From Balanoglossus misakiensis (Eukaryota; Animalia; Hemichordata): a DNA stretch of 64,000 nucleotides. Below the pieces are notes generated by a model that searched no databases, was not told the origin of the DNA, and saw only the letters and a program-made list of their open reading frames with translations. Below are positions 49,157-64,000 of the stretch, piece after piece (position 1 is the first letter of the stretch; every line of letters starts with the position of its first letter). The stretch is taken from contig CM082598.2 in the NCBI GenBank assembly GCA_040954595.2, positions 4,541,097-4,605,096 on the forward strand. Direction: 5' to 3'. Made by a program: the position numbers and the translations under genes.

Positions 49157-52100
49157 TTAATGAATCAAGCCTTCTACACTGGAATATGTCTGTCACTCTG
49201 TCAGCCCCATATGTAGTACGGAAAATCATCCACTGACGTAAGAGATTGTTTTTCTAACCGAGACATCACATGAGAATCAACTGATGATACATTAAACAGA
49301 AGTTATGCTATTTATAGAAATATAGTCTATACAAAATGTTTTTGACGAGCTTAAGTATTTAAAGTTCCATTAAACTGTAACTTTGGGCTGTATTTTTTTG
49401 TTTTGACATCTACTGCAGTTTCTTGTTCAAGTAGGCTGAAGCATGATGAAATGCCCCTAGTATTTACATTTATTGTTATTGTGGAAATCTGATGTCTGGA
49501 CTAGAATTCTTTGTCAACAATAACATGAATTTTAAAGGTATACAGTCACTGCCAATTTACATACATTCATATATGGCTGAAATGGCCATCCACTGAAAAT
49601 CCGTGATTGGCCAGATCTCAAGTTTACCATGGTAACTGTAGCTAAATTTCCACAGGAAATGTTGTGATGGTATTTGCTAGTAATAACATATAATACCAGT
49701 CTGTCATCATATTACTCCAAATGATTTTAAAATTTACTGCAGAAAAGGGAATTTTCATAGTGGATGGTTGTGTAAAAATTATGACCGGATATAATACAAG
49801 CCACTGGGTGGTCCTAAGAAATAACACATTGCCACAGTGAAGGTACCAGTACAGGTTCATGGTATCCTTACATTGCAAGGAGTTCAACGAAACTATCATC
49901 CATGGTCACAATGAAAGCTGTTTATCAACAAAGATCACACCAATCTCAGAAGCAGGTTTCAATGTCAGAGATAACTGTGATTTGCTGAGTAAACAAGATA
50001 TCTCTAACTGTGCGGGTGACAATGCGATCGGACTGGGGTGGGAAAGTTACGTTCACGTCAATAAACCACAACAGACTTGCGTAGTAGCAATGCAAGATAC
50101 TCTCAGATACATCAAGTAGGAACATGATCTGCTGTTAACTGATCCACCTTCGATGACCTCCATCAGCAAAGGCAAGGACAGTTACTCAAAAACAATGTTC
50201 ACTCGAAAACGATCTTACTAATACAGTACGTGCACTTCTCCTGGTATGCCCTCCAACATTACAAACATCATTCTTAAAAGCTTTGAGTCAATTTGAGGAT
50301 GTCTAAAAAAAATCAGCCCTTTACATTTAGTTAAGGATAAATTTCTTGAGTCACCAGTGACTGTGTCGAGTCATATTTGCTTGAAGGGCCCACTGCTTCT
50401 CACGGACTCTTCCCTGAGATGGAATACGCAAAGCTATGTTTTAAAATGTCACTGCCTGATTTTCCGAAAGCGAAATCTGAAATGATCCATGATGGATTCT
50501 TGATTGCGATAAATCACACAGGAACTGATTTTTCAAGAAACATCAATTTAAAGAAGAAAATCCACAGCAAAACTCTTACAATAGAACCTGCTGTTCAGTG
50601 GATAAAAAAGATATGGAAAACATTCCTTTGAGAGAAGAATTAAACATCAGAAATCTTGCGAAAATTGTACAGACTGTTTGTTGTGATAATGTACCATGCA
50701 ATGGAAAACAAGGTTGTTCATCATTGACAAATATCAACAAAGTTTATCATAAGCAGTACTTATTTAGCAATAAGAATCTGAATAATTATCCAAGTCAAAC
50801 ACTTCACAAGTAAAATTTAAACTATCCAAAAGATAATAAAATCATGTCAACTTGCAAAGTGATGCGATATTGATCACAGAGATAACAAAATCAAGAACCG
50901 AAACAACAGATCACCATTACCTGAAAATTACACAATGCAGGTAGCTGAGAGGAGGTTACCAAAAACCAAACAGCGCACTGTCGGATGGATGTACCAGTAC
51001 CCGAATGTTCTGGATGTGTTTGTGCGCGGGCCAAGACTTACAAATATTCCTTGTGACGTCGACACAGAAACCTGTAGAAATCAAGTCCTGTGTATGAGGT
51101 GTACTACACGAGCTCTCCCGCTTCGTGACATTTCTAGGGCTGCAGAGACTGACTCCCACAGTTAAAATGTTCCCACTGTTGCGCGTGTGCGTGGAGATAC
51201 ATAACACAAACACGTTGTGTCCTTCACTGATTTCTATGGCCCGCCTGTTGACAGCACGTTTACTAGGCCGGCCTAAACAATGTAGAGGTCACCGGCCAGG
51301 GGAACCATGAGTGGAGGAAAGAAACAATTCACACCATGATGCACTCACTGAGAAATCAATAGATTGCTTTGTGCGTAGATCCTTAGAAGGAGCTATTGTC
51401 TTTTTCGTAAACAGTGAATGTGTGTAAGTATCTCCTGTCGGTGTGCAATTTTACCGCACGTTGCCAAAAACTGAATGAAAATTAGCAGTGTGATTTTCAC
51501 AAAATATTGAACCAGGTACTATAACTTGTTTTGTAAACACTTTGAAAACAACAGGTTGGATGCTTATAACTGCTAAAATCTCCATCTCCAGGTATAATGG
51601 TCGCCATTCATCTCTGTCACACCAATGTTGCCCCACCCCCTGAAATTCATTTTTCATAAAAATGTTCCAGCTACCTACAAATTAATATATTAAGAAACAA
51701 GATAGTGTAATCCTACCCTAGTTCTGAAATATCTTCGCAAAATACCAAGTTTATAGCATACATGTTCAACCAGGCCTGGTTTTTAACATCCATGACAAGT
51801 AGTAGTATACTAAATGTGTTTTGTTACTGCAGTGAAAGGTTCATGGCATTTAATAAGCAAGACCACAGACACGTAAATACCCTGCCATCAATGCAGTTCT
51901 GTCCTGTTTACCCGCACAGAGGACATTTTTGACATTTTTGCACCCAGGGTTCAATGGCAAACATTTCACAACAGTCAATACACGTCAGCTAATATCCCAC
52001 GCTCCAATAACTACATTGATTTTTCAGTCAAAGGCGCGAAGTGTCACCGCGACCTCACAGAATTATACGGTCAATAAAAATTCATTGGGGATGTTTTCTT

Positions 52101-52769
52101 ATAACAGTTGAACAATAAATCGTTAGATTAATCACCGTTTTTTGTTTTGATGATGAAATTAAGGCCATCAGAGGTGAAGAGAGTTCGGGCGGGGGGACTG
52201 ACCACGATTTGACCTTTCCACAAAGTTCAAGTTGACAGCAACATCATGGAGTAAGATTAATTAGCAGGAATTCCGTTGGGGTCAACTTCTGAAAGAGGGG
52301 TCGGTAGGGTCTTTGACCATTTCATTGCCAATGTCACACATCACAGGTTTATTTACAACGTCATGCATTTGTACTAAAAGTTCAATTTTTTTCTCTCCTA
52401 CTGAGGTTTACTAGACATCAAGAGACTCTTAAAAAGACAATTACAGTACAGCTCGTCAATTTAATCAGGCTAACACAGGATTAGCTGAATGTTAGCTCTG
52501 ACAATGCTATAATCTGCTAACCCAGGCCAGCCTTGGGTTAGCCCCGATCGAGCTCACCCCACCTGGAAACTCGCTTCTGATCTAGATTTTGTATTGAAAT
52601 AATCAACCATTACCAACTACTACTGGTATATTTCTTTTCCCAATTTTAAAATCAGAAATGCCAGTGTTGAATTCTGAGCAATGTTTTCCATGACTTGTGA
52701 AGTTCAAGCAGGGTCAGGCTGACCTTACGTGTTTAAGGGGTTCAATGAACCCCAATATAAACATGTTAA

Positions 52770-52940
52770 AGGGACAAAGTCTCTCTCTCACTGCCCCTTT
52801 TCTATTAATTATGTTTGATACAAGACACTGTTTATGTAAATGTAGTGAATGAACGTTCAACCACACACAACTTCCATCCCGTGTGTAGGATGCGAGTAAG
52901 AATCTCACCAAAATGAATATGGTTACTAATAGAGACCTCC
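52770..52940. mobile_element. Truncated family A MITE
   Basis: TTAA|AGGGACAAAGTCTCTCTC... one arm only. Confidence 0.7.
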
Positions 52941-53558
52941 TTTCCATTTCCCAACCCTGGAAAAATCACATGGTGTATAAAGCCTCTTAATTTGACAATC
53001 AATGTCACCATCATTATGTTATCTAGGGATCCATATGCCACTTTAGTGAATGCCCTTTGACCTTGGGCGCGATCTGGCGTAAATATTGATGGTGTATTCA
53101 TCTTGTCACTTTGTGAATGCTAATTACACCAGCTCTGGAATCCAAGGCTACAAGGCCGAGTTGAAGGACGGGTGACTATAGGGACCAGGCAGGTACACGT
53201 GACTCTACAAAGCATGTCAGTTCACGATTATTAGATAACTGTATACTACAATACACATCAGGGGACTTAGATGATTATACGCAGACGAGAACGAAAAAAA
53301 AAACACGGTGCTTATAGACAAACAAATCAAGAAACACCGCAACTGAGATTGTTGATTTGCATTAGGCATCAAATTCTTATTTGATGTCGCTTTCATTTGT
53401 TTGTGGCTGAGAAAAAACATGGATTTTGTCTTGCTTTTCCTGGCCCGTGCCATATTGGGGCACATGTCTGATTTCTGTCACATACCGTAATTAACAGTGG
53501 TCTATACTCTTGTCTACTATACAGATAATACCTGTAACAAATTTACCTGTTCCATTTA

Positions 53559-53763
53559 CTGTAAAACGGGTTATTTTCGCGAGCAATAAATTTTCACGAA
53601 CTACGCGAGAGCCAAAAAAACGTGAAAACAAAAAGTCACGTAAAATGTTTTTCGGAGATAACGATGCAGTAAAAATAAGAGAACGCGAAAATGAAAACTC
53701 ACATAACAGTTACCTCCTTGATATCGCGAAAATTTCCTGTCGCAAAAATAACCCGTTTTACAG
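53559..53763. mobile_element. Family D MITE
   Basis: TA|CTGTAAAACGGGTTATTTT...AAAATAACCCGTTTTACAG|TA. Confidence 0.8.
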
Positions 53764-56700
53764 TAATACTGACATCCTATCTGTTCACAAACGACCTTTG
53801 ATTACATTGGACTGTGACCTCTAGACTAGCTCACACATTCATAATTGATAACAAAATGTAAGGTAATTGCATAAGGTAAAAGCATTTTCAAATCTGATAC
53901 CAAGTGTGTCATGATCACTGGAGACTAAACCTTTGGTTGTTGAGGGTCACCTTATATTTTACTTAAACATGTCTGTATTTACGCTTAGAATCTAATATAC
54001 AGGCCATCCAAAGCAGAAGTCTTATGGTCATAAGTATCGCGCTCCCATAAGACCCCTTTCTGCTTGGGATAGCCCATACAGGCTTTCATGAAAAAAAAAA
54101 AATTATCTATGATTTTTCATTTCTCTAAATTCACGATGTTCACAAAATATGCTGCTATGTGATTGGCTTAGGTATTATACAAAATGGCCACCTGGTGACC
54201 ATATTAGATCCTATCATAAAATCAACTGAAAATCATATATACCTGATAATACATAGTCTGAGTACATACATCTGAGTAACAGCTCTGGACAGACACCCAG
54301 ATGAACACAAATCAACAGAACCTTATCTATCAGTTTCTCAGACTTGAAGGAAAATATGAAGGAAAAGAATGACTGGTCACAAATCTGTTAACTGCAGCCT
54401 TCGGTTTATAATACAGCAAAACCTGTCTAATCTGGACACCTGTCTATACTGAACACAATTTCCAAGCGCTAAGACTATGACATAGGTCCACATTATAAAA
54501 GAACGTCCACAATACAGACACCCCCTGCGTTTGACCAATCATAGCAATAGAAACAGACAATGTGTTGTCTGTCTGTCTGTCGTTGGATTATTCATTACTT
54601 AACTGCTATATTACTGAAGGCAGAATCCCGGCCTTTTATGAGCTGTCATATTGTGTAACCTGGTTCCCTGAAATGCTGCTTTGTGGATACATCTACAAGT
54701 AACAATACTGATTGCTAATCACTGCTTTTTAACTATATGCCCCATTTCCTGAAATTAAATATCGCGTGAATTTTTTACACACACTTGTTGATTCTCGCAT
54801 ACTCTCATCCAGGCCGAGTCACTCATCAGGAAAAGTTGTCTTGTCATTGAATAGATGCAGCGCTATACACAAATGAGGTGATTGAACTCCTTTCAGACCT
54901 CCTTGACCGACATTTATGACAACTGTTTCACCCAGACCCCTCTTCACGGCTACTTTTGTCCACAATCTTCTCTTAATTTTTTCTTTTTCAAGTATTTAAA
55001 ACCTACCACTTGCACAGAGAATATGCCATGTTAATTTTTTTTCTGAAACAACCAAAATCGCTGCTTTTAAATCGAACCAGCACAAACTTTTGTTGTATTA
55101 CTCAAAGGCAGATGACACAACTTTGACAATGCCTATTGTCAACGCAAGGAGGTCATTCAACCTTTATGTAAATGAGGAGACAGGGGTCATTGCCCGGTGC
55201 AGAAAAGAAGTTAATTTTCCAAGACAAACAAAAAAATCTTGTGTTGTCAGACAAGACAAGACAAAACATGACAGTTAAGTAAATGCACTACAAATTCCTT
55301 GATTGGAAGGCTGAGAGAGCAAGACCCTCCTCGCAGATAGCTTGCAAGAAACTGATTGGCATTCTTCAAGAAAATATTTGTCTTCAGTGCACAATAAACC
55401 TTTACATGGCAGCAATACTGCGAATTTTCTTTTCAACAGTTAATGTGGGACTCATTGGTGCAAGATGTGGTGAATGACTTTAAAAATGGCTGCATGCTAA
55501 CCTCCCCAAGCTGCAGGGTTGTCATGGTAACAAACAGCATTGCTGAGCAGATGGATTGAAATTGGGTATGCTGCAGCTATGATCAAAACTGAATTATGGA
55601 ACCAGTAGCAAATATAGCACTTTTGGCTGGAACATTTATTTTACATGCACTTAACATTTTCTGGTTTCTTGCAGAAATAGTTTCGTAAATTCCATGCTAA
55701 GTTGGTAAATGTAAAATCAGGTATTTTCTGAGTGTGCGTATTTTGCTCTTTGCGCTTCTTCAAAACAACCAAAACAGATGTACTTCCTGCACCAAAACAA
55801 AACAAAACAACCCCCCTCGGAACACACCAGGAGAGGGAAAACTTACCTGGACAGCAGACCGATGGCAGTTTGCTGCAGTCAGGTGAAAACGATAATGGAC
55901 TAGTTCTACATGCATGCAGGTCATTATCTCGGGGGTGCCACTCCCTATACACTAACCACCAACGTAATTGGTATCACAGGCATTACCACTGCCCGGGGTA
56001 CAGAAGATATCAGTCCAACCCCCTCCTTTTTTTTCGCTTTCCGTCGTCAGAACAACAGAAAAGAACCAACAGATACTTGATACGTGATTTGACATTTTCG
56101 CCGTCGGTTCTCTCATGTGACTCCAAATTGACATTTTGCTGTACATCTCCAGGTAATCAGTGTTATTAAAAGTAAGGAGGATGGTAAATACCGGCTGGAC
56201 AGATCGGATAAACAGACGAACACAGTCAGATTCCTGTTCTAACATCCCCCGAAGGACAAATCCCATTTAATAAGATCATGATAACGAGACCCCCGAATTA
56301 TCATACAAGCGCTAAGGGTTTTTGAAATTACTCTGAGTCAAGTTACACTCGCCTATCCAAGGGACATAACTGTAAAACGTGGGTTTTGTTTTGTCAATAT
56401 TTTTTCATCTTGAATTTCAAATTGTACTCCCACATTCTGCTTTTCAACATAGCCTGTATATATACCGGTCGGTATGTTGAATAGTCCAGACTTGAATTTA
56501 ACATGGATTTTACATAATATACATTTTTGAAAAAGAATTAAGCTGAAAGTTTCACCCCAATTCTTACAGAAATACTGTTATTTCACTTCTTGCTGATTGA
56601 TAAAATCTACTAAATTAAATGTCCTATTCCAATTACTAACTTTTTTGCAATTTTTACAATATTCTAACTTAAGACAAGTACTGCATCTTTATTCATCTGA

Positions 56701-58267
56701 GAGACCAATACAATCTGATCGCTGCATCACAAACCAATTGAAAAATGACCTTTTGAAAATCCTAACAAACTCAAAAGTACATGTATGGAAAATCATTGTT
56801 TTAATCCGTGAACCCTCATATCCTGTGGTTAGACAGCATATTAGCCTTAACGGACATCGTTAATTTAGAATCGTTAGAAAATAGAAATGTCATAGACAGC
56901 AACAAACGCAATATAACTCAACAGAATGAAGCTAATGCACAACGTACTTTTAAAATTTCAACCTCCAAATTACAAAAACAGGGAATGTAAAGTATGCTTT
57001 TAATCCAGGAAAAAAAAACATATCATATGGCTAGCGTATGTACATGTACTGGGATAGAAGTGGATTTCAGAAAGAGTGATATATCATAGACAGTACAACG
57101 AACCCAATACATCGCAAAATGAGGCTAATGTACAACGTTCTTATATGATTTCTACTTTCCGAGCACCAAATCGAAAAGTACATGCACAGTTCAAATCAAA
57201 ACTCCATTTTCAAATTAGCCAACACTGGGTTGGAAATAAGCCCCCTGCAGTAAAACCTGTCTAGACTGAACCGTCTGATCTCGAAAATTGTCTACCAGTA
57301 TACTTAACAATTTTGTCATTTCTTTCACGTAGAACAACATGTTAAGAGAACCTCTATAAAGTGGACACCTTTGCAAACTGAACATTTTTTCAGTCATTTA
57401 ATACATAATAGCATCACACATTAGTATTTCTGATATCTGACATCAAGGGCGCCCTCTATAGGTACACATGTCAACTTTGGTGACACGATTCCGATTACAG
57501 TACAGTGAGTCAGTTAAACCAAGTATTGGATGTAAAAGGGTCACTATGGGATTGAATTCTGTACAAATCTATGAAAGCACTATTGCTGGATGAAATATAC
57601 AGGGGTTTCCTGTTTGAATAAACAGGCAGCGACCACGAAAATTGTAAACAAGTTGTGTAACTGCCAGCTAAACAGAGTTCGACAGATATTCTTGTCAGAG
57701 AATGACGTCAATCTCACTGAGGCAATGATAGTGGACGTTCGTTTCAGATAAAAGTGATGTCAACAGTTTTTTCTCAGTGACAGTTTTGAGTGTCGTGTCA
57801 ACTGCACTTTTGTGTTTGACTTCAACAAGCACCGTGACGATGAAATGAAAATCCCTGGTACATTATTATTCAATACAGTTAAAATATGATCGATTGCCTT
57901 TGTTTCACTTGTGTAAATGTAACAATGCGAAACCGATGCAGATTTGTACAAGCCTTCATCACAAACGCTGAATTCATCTCAATTGTGCTTGTCTATGACA
58001 GTGGCTAGTTGAGTAAAGATGAAATAAGAGACCTTGACAGTCCAACTCTTTATAAAGTTCAACGCTGCGCGTATTATCAAAATGGCAAATACTCGCCATG
58101 CTGCTTCTAAAATTACACGATGTGGGAGAAGAGAAACTACCACAAAGATTAATGATGCCACTGACAGTGTCTGTGGGTGGACTGCCTACAACAATCATTT
58201 TCCCACACCCCCATTCCCAGTACTCTAAACAAACTGTACGCATCCACATTTGTGATCTACATGTTAA

Positions 58268-58615
58268 AGGGAACAAAGTCTCTCTCTCGCTGCCCCTTTT
58301 CCATTAATTATGTTTGATACAAGACACTGTTTATGTTATTCTACATGTGGATATATAGTGAATCAATGTTCGACCACACATAACTTCCATCCCACTTGTA
58401 GCCACGAGAGAGAAAAACTCGCCAAAATGAATAATCGGTGTTTACCATTTATTCATTTTGGTGAGATTTTTACTCTCATATCCTACAAACAGGATGGAAG
58501 ATGTGTGTGGTTGAACATTGATTCACTATATATCCACATGTAGAATAACATAAACGGTGTCTTGTATCAAACATTATTAATGAAAAAAGGGCAGCGAGAG
58601 AGAGACTTTGTCCCT
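58268..58615. mobile_element. Family A MITE
   Basis: TTAA-flanked; close match to 19846-20191. Confidence 0.85.
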
Positions 58616-59389
58616 TTAAATCATACCTCGATACACGAACAACTCCTGTAATTTCTCGACATGGAAAAGGCCTTCACCCTGCACAGACCTGGTTAAGACT
58701 GACACCAGCAATGCGACGTACATCTCCTGGGTTCACGGCAAGGCCACAAACTTGTTACAATTAATACTGGGAGGGATTTCGCTAAGCCCACTTAATACAA
58801 AGCACACTACATGACTGGATAAAGCTAATCTTGTAATATGACAAGTGATCTTCTTACACTGTGATATATGGCAAGCTTAGAAGCTGAGTCATGAGTACTA
58901 ATAGGAACCTTGGGGGAATTTCAAAAGTCACTTCAGACTATTTCGAATTTCGAAAAACTGACGAAGCATTTACTCATTATAATTATGTTTTTTGGAACCG
59001 TACTACATAATGTTTACTGATCTCCTAATTACAATATTTTTAAAGTGAAAAGACTAGATCTTTTCATTCAGCAGTTTGTTGACCTTCCAAGGCAGTAATT
59101 ATGATGGACAGATCATCGCTATGACGATGACACGTTTGATGACTCACAGAAATATGAAGAAACTCAGACCGGGTCATCTGGGCCACCTCAAGGAAGACAT
59201 GCGTTGTACAGTTAAATATGCACTGTGGAATTCGGCATCACTTTGGGACAACTCTGGTGATCGGGTTAATTAATTAATTACTTAATTAATTACTGTGCAT
59301 GATGGCATTTCATTATGTTTCCTGAGTTTGAACAAGAAACCGCAGTAGATACGCAAAAATAGCAAAACATTAGAGCTATGGAGCTTTAA

Positions 59390-59743
59390 AGGGACAAAGT
59401 GTCTCTCTCGCTGCCCTTTTTCCATTAATTATGTTTGATACGAGACACAGCTTATGTTATTCTACATGTGGATATATAGTGAATCAAAGTTCGACTACAC
59501 ACAACTTCCATCATACTTGTAGACACAAGAGTGAAAAACTCGCCAAATGAATAATCGTTCTCTACCATTTATTCATTTTGGGCGAGTTTTTACTCTCATA
59601 CATGTATCATACAAGCAGGATGGAAGTTGTGTGAAGTTGAATGTTCATTCACCATATACAAGTCAATTTATGCATGTATGGTGTCTTGATCCAAACATAA
59701 TTAATGGAAAGAGGGCAGCGAAAGAGAGAGAGACTTTGTCCCC
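59390..59743. mobile_element. Family A MITE
   Basis: TTAA|AGGGACAAAG...CTTTGTCCCC|TTAA. Confidence 0.8.
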
Positions 59744-61549
59744 TTAAGTTGGCAGACCATAATAACCAAGCATAGTAACAACCAGAAACTTTCTCACGTC
59801 CATTTGGTTTTTAAAAAGGGTGGTCCCTGTCATCACATATGACTTCAGTTACGAGTGAATGGGTCTGTTTTAGATTACGCTGCTTTTTTAAGACATGGTA
59901 TTTCAAAAATCTTGCCGGGTCACTTTGAGAGTTGACGAGAAAGTCAAAAGGTGGCGATGAACGGATGGGAGGTGGAATTTTTTTTTAACTGGAGCGGTGG
60001 CATGGTTGTATCGAAACACAGGGAGACATATATCATCACGGTTTAATAATGGGCGTGTACCGGTAGGTGTGGTTCCAGTGGGTGCAACATTACAAAGCCA
60101 GGCCGCACCTTAGTTACTAAAAACGGCAACATTTTTTTTTTCCGGCGGTGGGAAGTGAGCCGAAATCCCGGGAAAGCGAAGGATACACGCTCCGGTGACT
60201 GCATGCGTGTGCAGCAGATGAGAACCAGGAATGGGAAAAGGCGCAATCCGGGATGAGGTTCAACGCCCTGCAATACGGGATAAGTGGCTGACGACGGAAT
60301 GAACTGGTGTGACCCTAGTGTGTTTACCCAAGGAAATGTCACCCATAATTAATGGCTGTTCAATTGACCAGGAAGATACCCTGGACCACCGTAAACACCC
60401 ACGGAAGACGAAATAGCTCACCAGGTCATAGATTTCAATCTCTTTACCCCTGTCGATGCAAACCCAACCAGTAAATTGCCTGTCTTGTTGATGAAAAAAA
60501 TCCGTAGCCGAAAGCAAAATGACAGACTATCAAGTGGTTAAAACACAAATCGCGTACAGAGCTACCATTATAGAACAGCAGGAAGATTTCCTAAAAACCA
60601 GGGCACAAGTGAAAATGACAAAACCATAGAAACTACAAGACAAGAGACAAATGTCAAAAACAGAAGACTGACAACATATAAGACAGCTTTGACCCACTCT
60701 CAGCTAAAAGCTACTAGTATTTCTAAAATGATATGTCCTGTATTTTCATGGTCTAATCTGTTTCCTCGAAGGAAATAATCAGAAAAATTGACACACTGGG
60801 TGACACTGATAGACACCTGCAGTGATTTTGGTATAAAATCTCATTTCTAAGAGAACGGTAGAATAAAATAGATGGAACTATCCCATCCAATCAGTTTTGA
60901 CGCGGGTTTGGTATAAATTGTACTTTACATGTATTATTGCAACATCAATGAACAACCAAACTTTTAGGGCAATGTTCACAGTATTTAACTTAACGTACTG
61001 ACACAGCCTGAATGCATACTGTGATTGTTGCTATTGTGAAAAATTGAATTCAAGCGCGGACCAGTACATGTATATATGTAAAGTTACACACATACAGCCT
61101 GTATTGACAAGTTATTTTCAGCATGTTGTTTGGAGTAGAACAAGAAATCGTATTTGATTCATGTAAAAAAAAATACTGAAAAATAACCCAAAGTTACAGC
61201 TAAATGTCCCTTTAAACATCGATTACATAAATCTACCCTTTCACGGCAACGAAGGCCATTCCAGAGTTCCCAGACAAGTCATGTGACCAGAAGAAGGTGA
61301 AATGTCTGGAGACGCAATATGCAGAACATTTTTCCTAGACTATAGGTCGATCACGCTGATCCAGTACCGTAAAAACTCCATCAATTCAACAAGTTTTGAA
61401 CCAATGAATGAATAGAATAGGTGGTTTTATCTTACTCTTTGATGGTATTATATTTGTAAATATTTACTTGTTTTTGTATTTTTGTCGTCTTTGTTATTAT
61501 TTTGTCTTTGCTGAAACTGTAAATGGGCGAAAGTATATTGTTCCAAGGC

Positions 61550-61550
61550 A

Positions 61551-61593
<43 letters not shown>

Positions 61594-61670
61594 ATGAATG
61601 AATGAATGAATGAATGAATGAATGAATGAATGAATGAATGAATGAATGAATGAATGAATGAATGAATGAA
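61550..61670. repeat. Compound (TAAA)n(TGAA)n microsatellite
   Basis: Direct reading. Confidence 0.97.
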
Positions 61671-63783
61671 TTTCTGTGTTTGCACTTTGCCTGTATCTGA
61701 GCCACTTTCAAAGCAAGTTTTTTTTTCTCATAAATATGCATTTTTCGCTACGGCATGATACAACAACATTACTGTAAAACTGTAGAAGCTAACAACAGCT
61801 GAAGAAATACAGTTTTGACTGTAGGTTACAAAAATCATACAAGGAAGTCTGAAACCTTGGGTTCTGACAAAGTCCTTCATTCTGCAGAGTTGGGGCCTGG
61901 CAAATTCATGTACCAGCACGACTATTGTGAATAACTGTTCTATACCACAATACAAGACCCATTGTTATGCAAGGATGCAAGGTATGGCATAATCATAGAC
62001 AGTAGAAAAGACCGTCTATGTTGTAATCCAGCGACCTCAATCACAAAGAAACAAAATAAAAATTGTCAAAAGGATGTGCCAAGTGTTAAATCATCGTTAC
62101 ACTTTGGGTTTTTTTATAACTGTCATATTATTCAGTCATTTTAATAAAATTATCACGATTTATTTATGTTTGCCACAAAAAATCATTTTGGAACCTTTAT
62201 TAATAAATATATTAATGTTTATGTGTTACATGCAACCTTGTCATACAGTTAACATGCAATATCAGCTAGGCTATTTTTCCACTTAATAAACCCATTTTGA
62301 AGGTCTCAGAAGGTTTATATACAGAATTTGATGCATTGTAATTGACCTGTAGCTTGGCAGTTTGAACCGCCCACCCCCACCAAATCTCACTGGTTTTCAC
62401 TTGTTTAGTTAATTGTGTGGCCTTAAACAGGCCCTGATGAGTAAAAACACAATTAATTGGCATATTAACAGGCCACGGAAGTTTAGCCTGCCTGAAAATC
62501 AAACCAGTTTTAACCGATTTGGCAGGAAAGGGGTTAATTAAAACAGATGACAATTCTATATGCCGGTACATGTAGTTATATGACAAGATTTCATCCCAAT
62601 TTCACGGATTACAATTTTGCACACCTGCAAAAAGTACATAAAATTGACATCTCTATATAGGAAGCTAGTCGGCTGGTATCAAAGATATATTATAGACACA
62701 AGACCTGTTGATTCTAAATGTGTTCACTGAGTAAGTATACAGCAAGTTGTCCAACAGCACTAGTGTCCCACAAAACATGAATAACGTTAATTTCCATTGA
62801 AAACAAAATATGACTTGTAGTCTATAAACTTACCCAAGTGGTCCCCAGTGACACATGAACAACCTCGCCAATATTTGCAGAGAAAAAATATCGGATCGAT
62901 ATTGAAAACACTTAAAAACACCTGATCTCTGAATGTCACGATGAATATCGAGCTCTGTGTGCGACTTTCCACTGTGACAGAACACAGCAGAGCAACTACC
63001 GGTAGTGTGCGAGCCACGCCAAGCGATTGCTCATATATGCAGTGGGCTAGCGGTTTCCTGAGGCGTGTGTTTATATATGTGGGTGGAATCCCCGCAGTAA
63101 ACAAAGACCGAACCATTTCAACCATAGGGGTTTACGCTTTAATCAGCTGACAAGCTTTCATGAAATCGCAGTACAAAAAACAATAAAAAGCAATTAGTGT
63201 ATACTAGTGTCTGATTATAATGATTTATGTAAAAAAGCAAAAAACTCCTTTCACTATTATGACAAAATGGAACGGCTGACCCCTGCGGTATACGCCTTCC
63301 ATCCCTTGACTTCAAATGGTACGCTCCACGAGAACCGCTGACCATGTGACAGTACAGCCACTGTGGGTAGAATCTACAACCGGCCCTGTCTGACACAGAC
63401 ACCGGTCGCAGCCTGTATATACCCAAGGTAAAACTACACAGGAAGAAGAGAGATGTATCAACCAGAAATATCTGTGGCCAGGCTGTTTCCTCTCTGTCTG
63501 TATTTCCGACATGATCCTTTAATCTAATTACCACGCTACCTTTACACACATAAGCTAGTTTAGTTCGCACTACTTTTTATAATAATACAATCCTAAATCT
63601 GTCTAAAACCCCAGACATAGCTACAATCCTCTCTTGGAGGTAAGATTTGGTTTTTCTCCACATTTTAATACACTTTTGAAGTCAGTGGCTGTCATAATTA
63701 AACAGTTACTGTGAAATATTTTATTTTCACTGGAATGTAATGTTGAGATGCTGACCTACCTACATATCTACAAAGACTACATA

Positions 63784-64000
63784 CAGTAAAACCTGTCTAA
63801 ACCAAACCCTGTCCAATCAGGAAACCTGTCTATACCGGACGTATTCTCCAGTCGCATTCACGTAGAACCTTGAAATTTCAAAGCAGCCAGGCGACTTGTT
63901 GCTGAAGAGGAGGTTTTGACTAAAATCTGCAAAAATCACAGTACAGTCAAACATGTCTAAACCGGACCCTCGACATAGAAAACCACATGTTAAAAGAACC
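63784..64000 (+). mobile_element. Fragments of a TA|CAGTAAAACCTGTCTA Tc1/mariner-like repeat family
   Basis: Similar termini at ~54414, ~57248, and reversed at ~6820 and ~7705. Confidence 0.5.

Noticed and set aside
47100-64000. Numerous 60-145-aa ORFs
   Set aside because: No recognisable motifs or consistent exon phase; several are MITE or microsatellite translations. Most likely FRS2 5' intron or upstream DNA.

Overview
AT-rich, intron-rich animal genomic DNA, probably from a marine invertebrate (inferred; the taxon cannot be fixed from sequence). Three protein-coding genes were reconstructed by hand. A hotdog-fold acyl-CoA thioesterase (minus strand, intronless CDS, C-terminal SKL) lies head-to-head with a complete 37-coding-exon NUP205 (plus strand, about 2046 aa, with one GC-AG intron and one U12-type intron). 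An FRS2/FRS3-type FGFR adaptor (minus strand, 3 coding exons, about 431 aa) converges on NUP205. Between the 3' ends of NUP205 and FRS2 is the most striking object: a ~10.55 kb non-coding foldback element (31197-41750) with a candidate 9-bp target-site duplication. It has ~1 kb near-identical inverted arms, two opposed ~102-107-bp satellite arrays, and a core of nested palindromes with flip/flop loops and exon-like splice signals. Introns and the 47-64 kb region carry many short MITE families (TTAA- and TA-flanked, Crypton-like palindromes), microsatellites and a 62-bp minisatellite. Coordinates were counted by eye; repeat boundaries may be off by a few bases.
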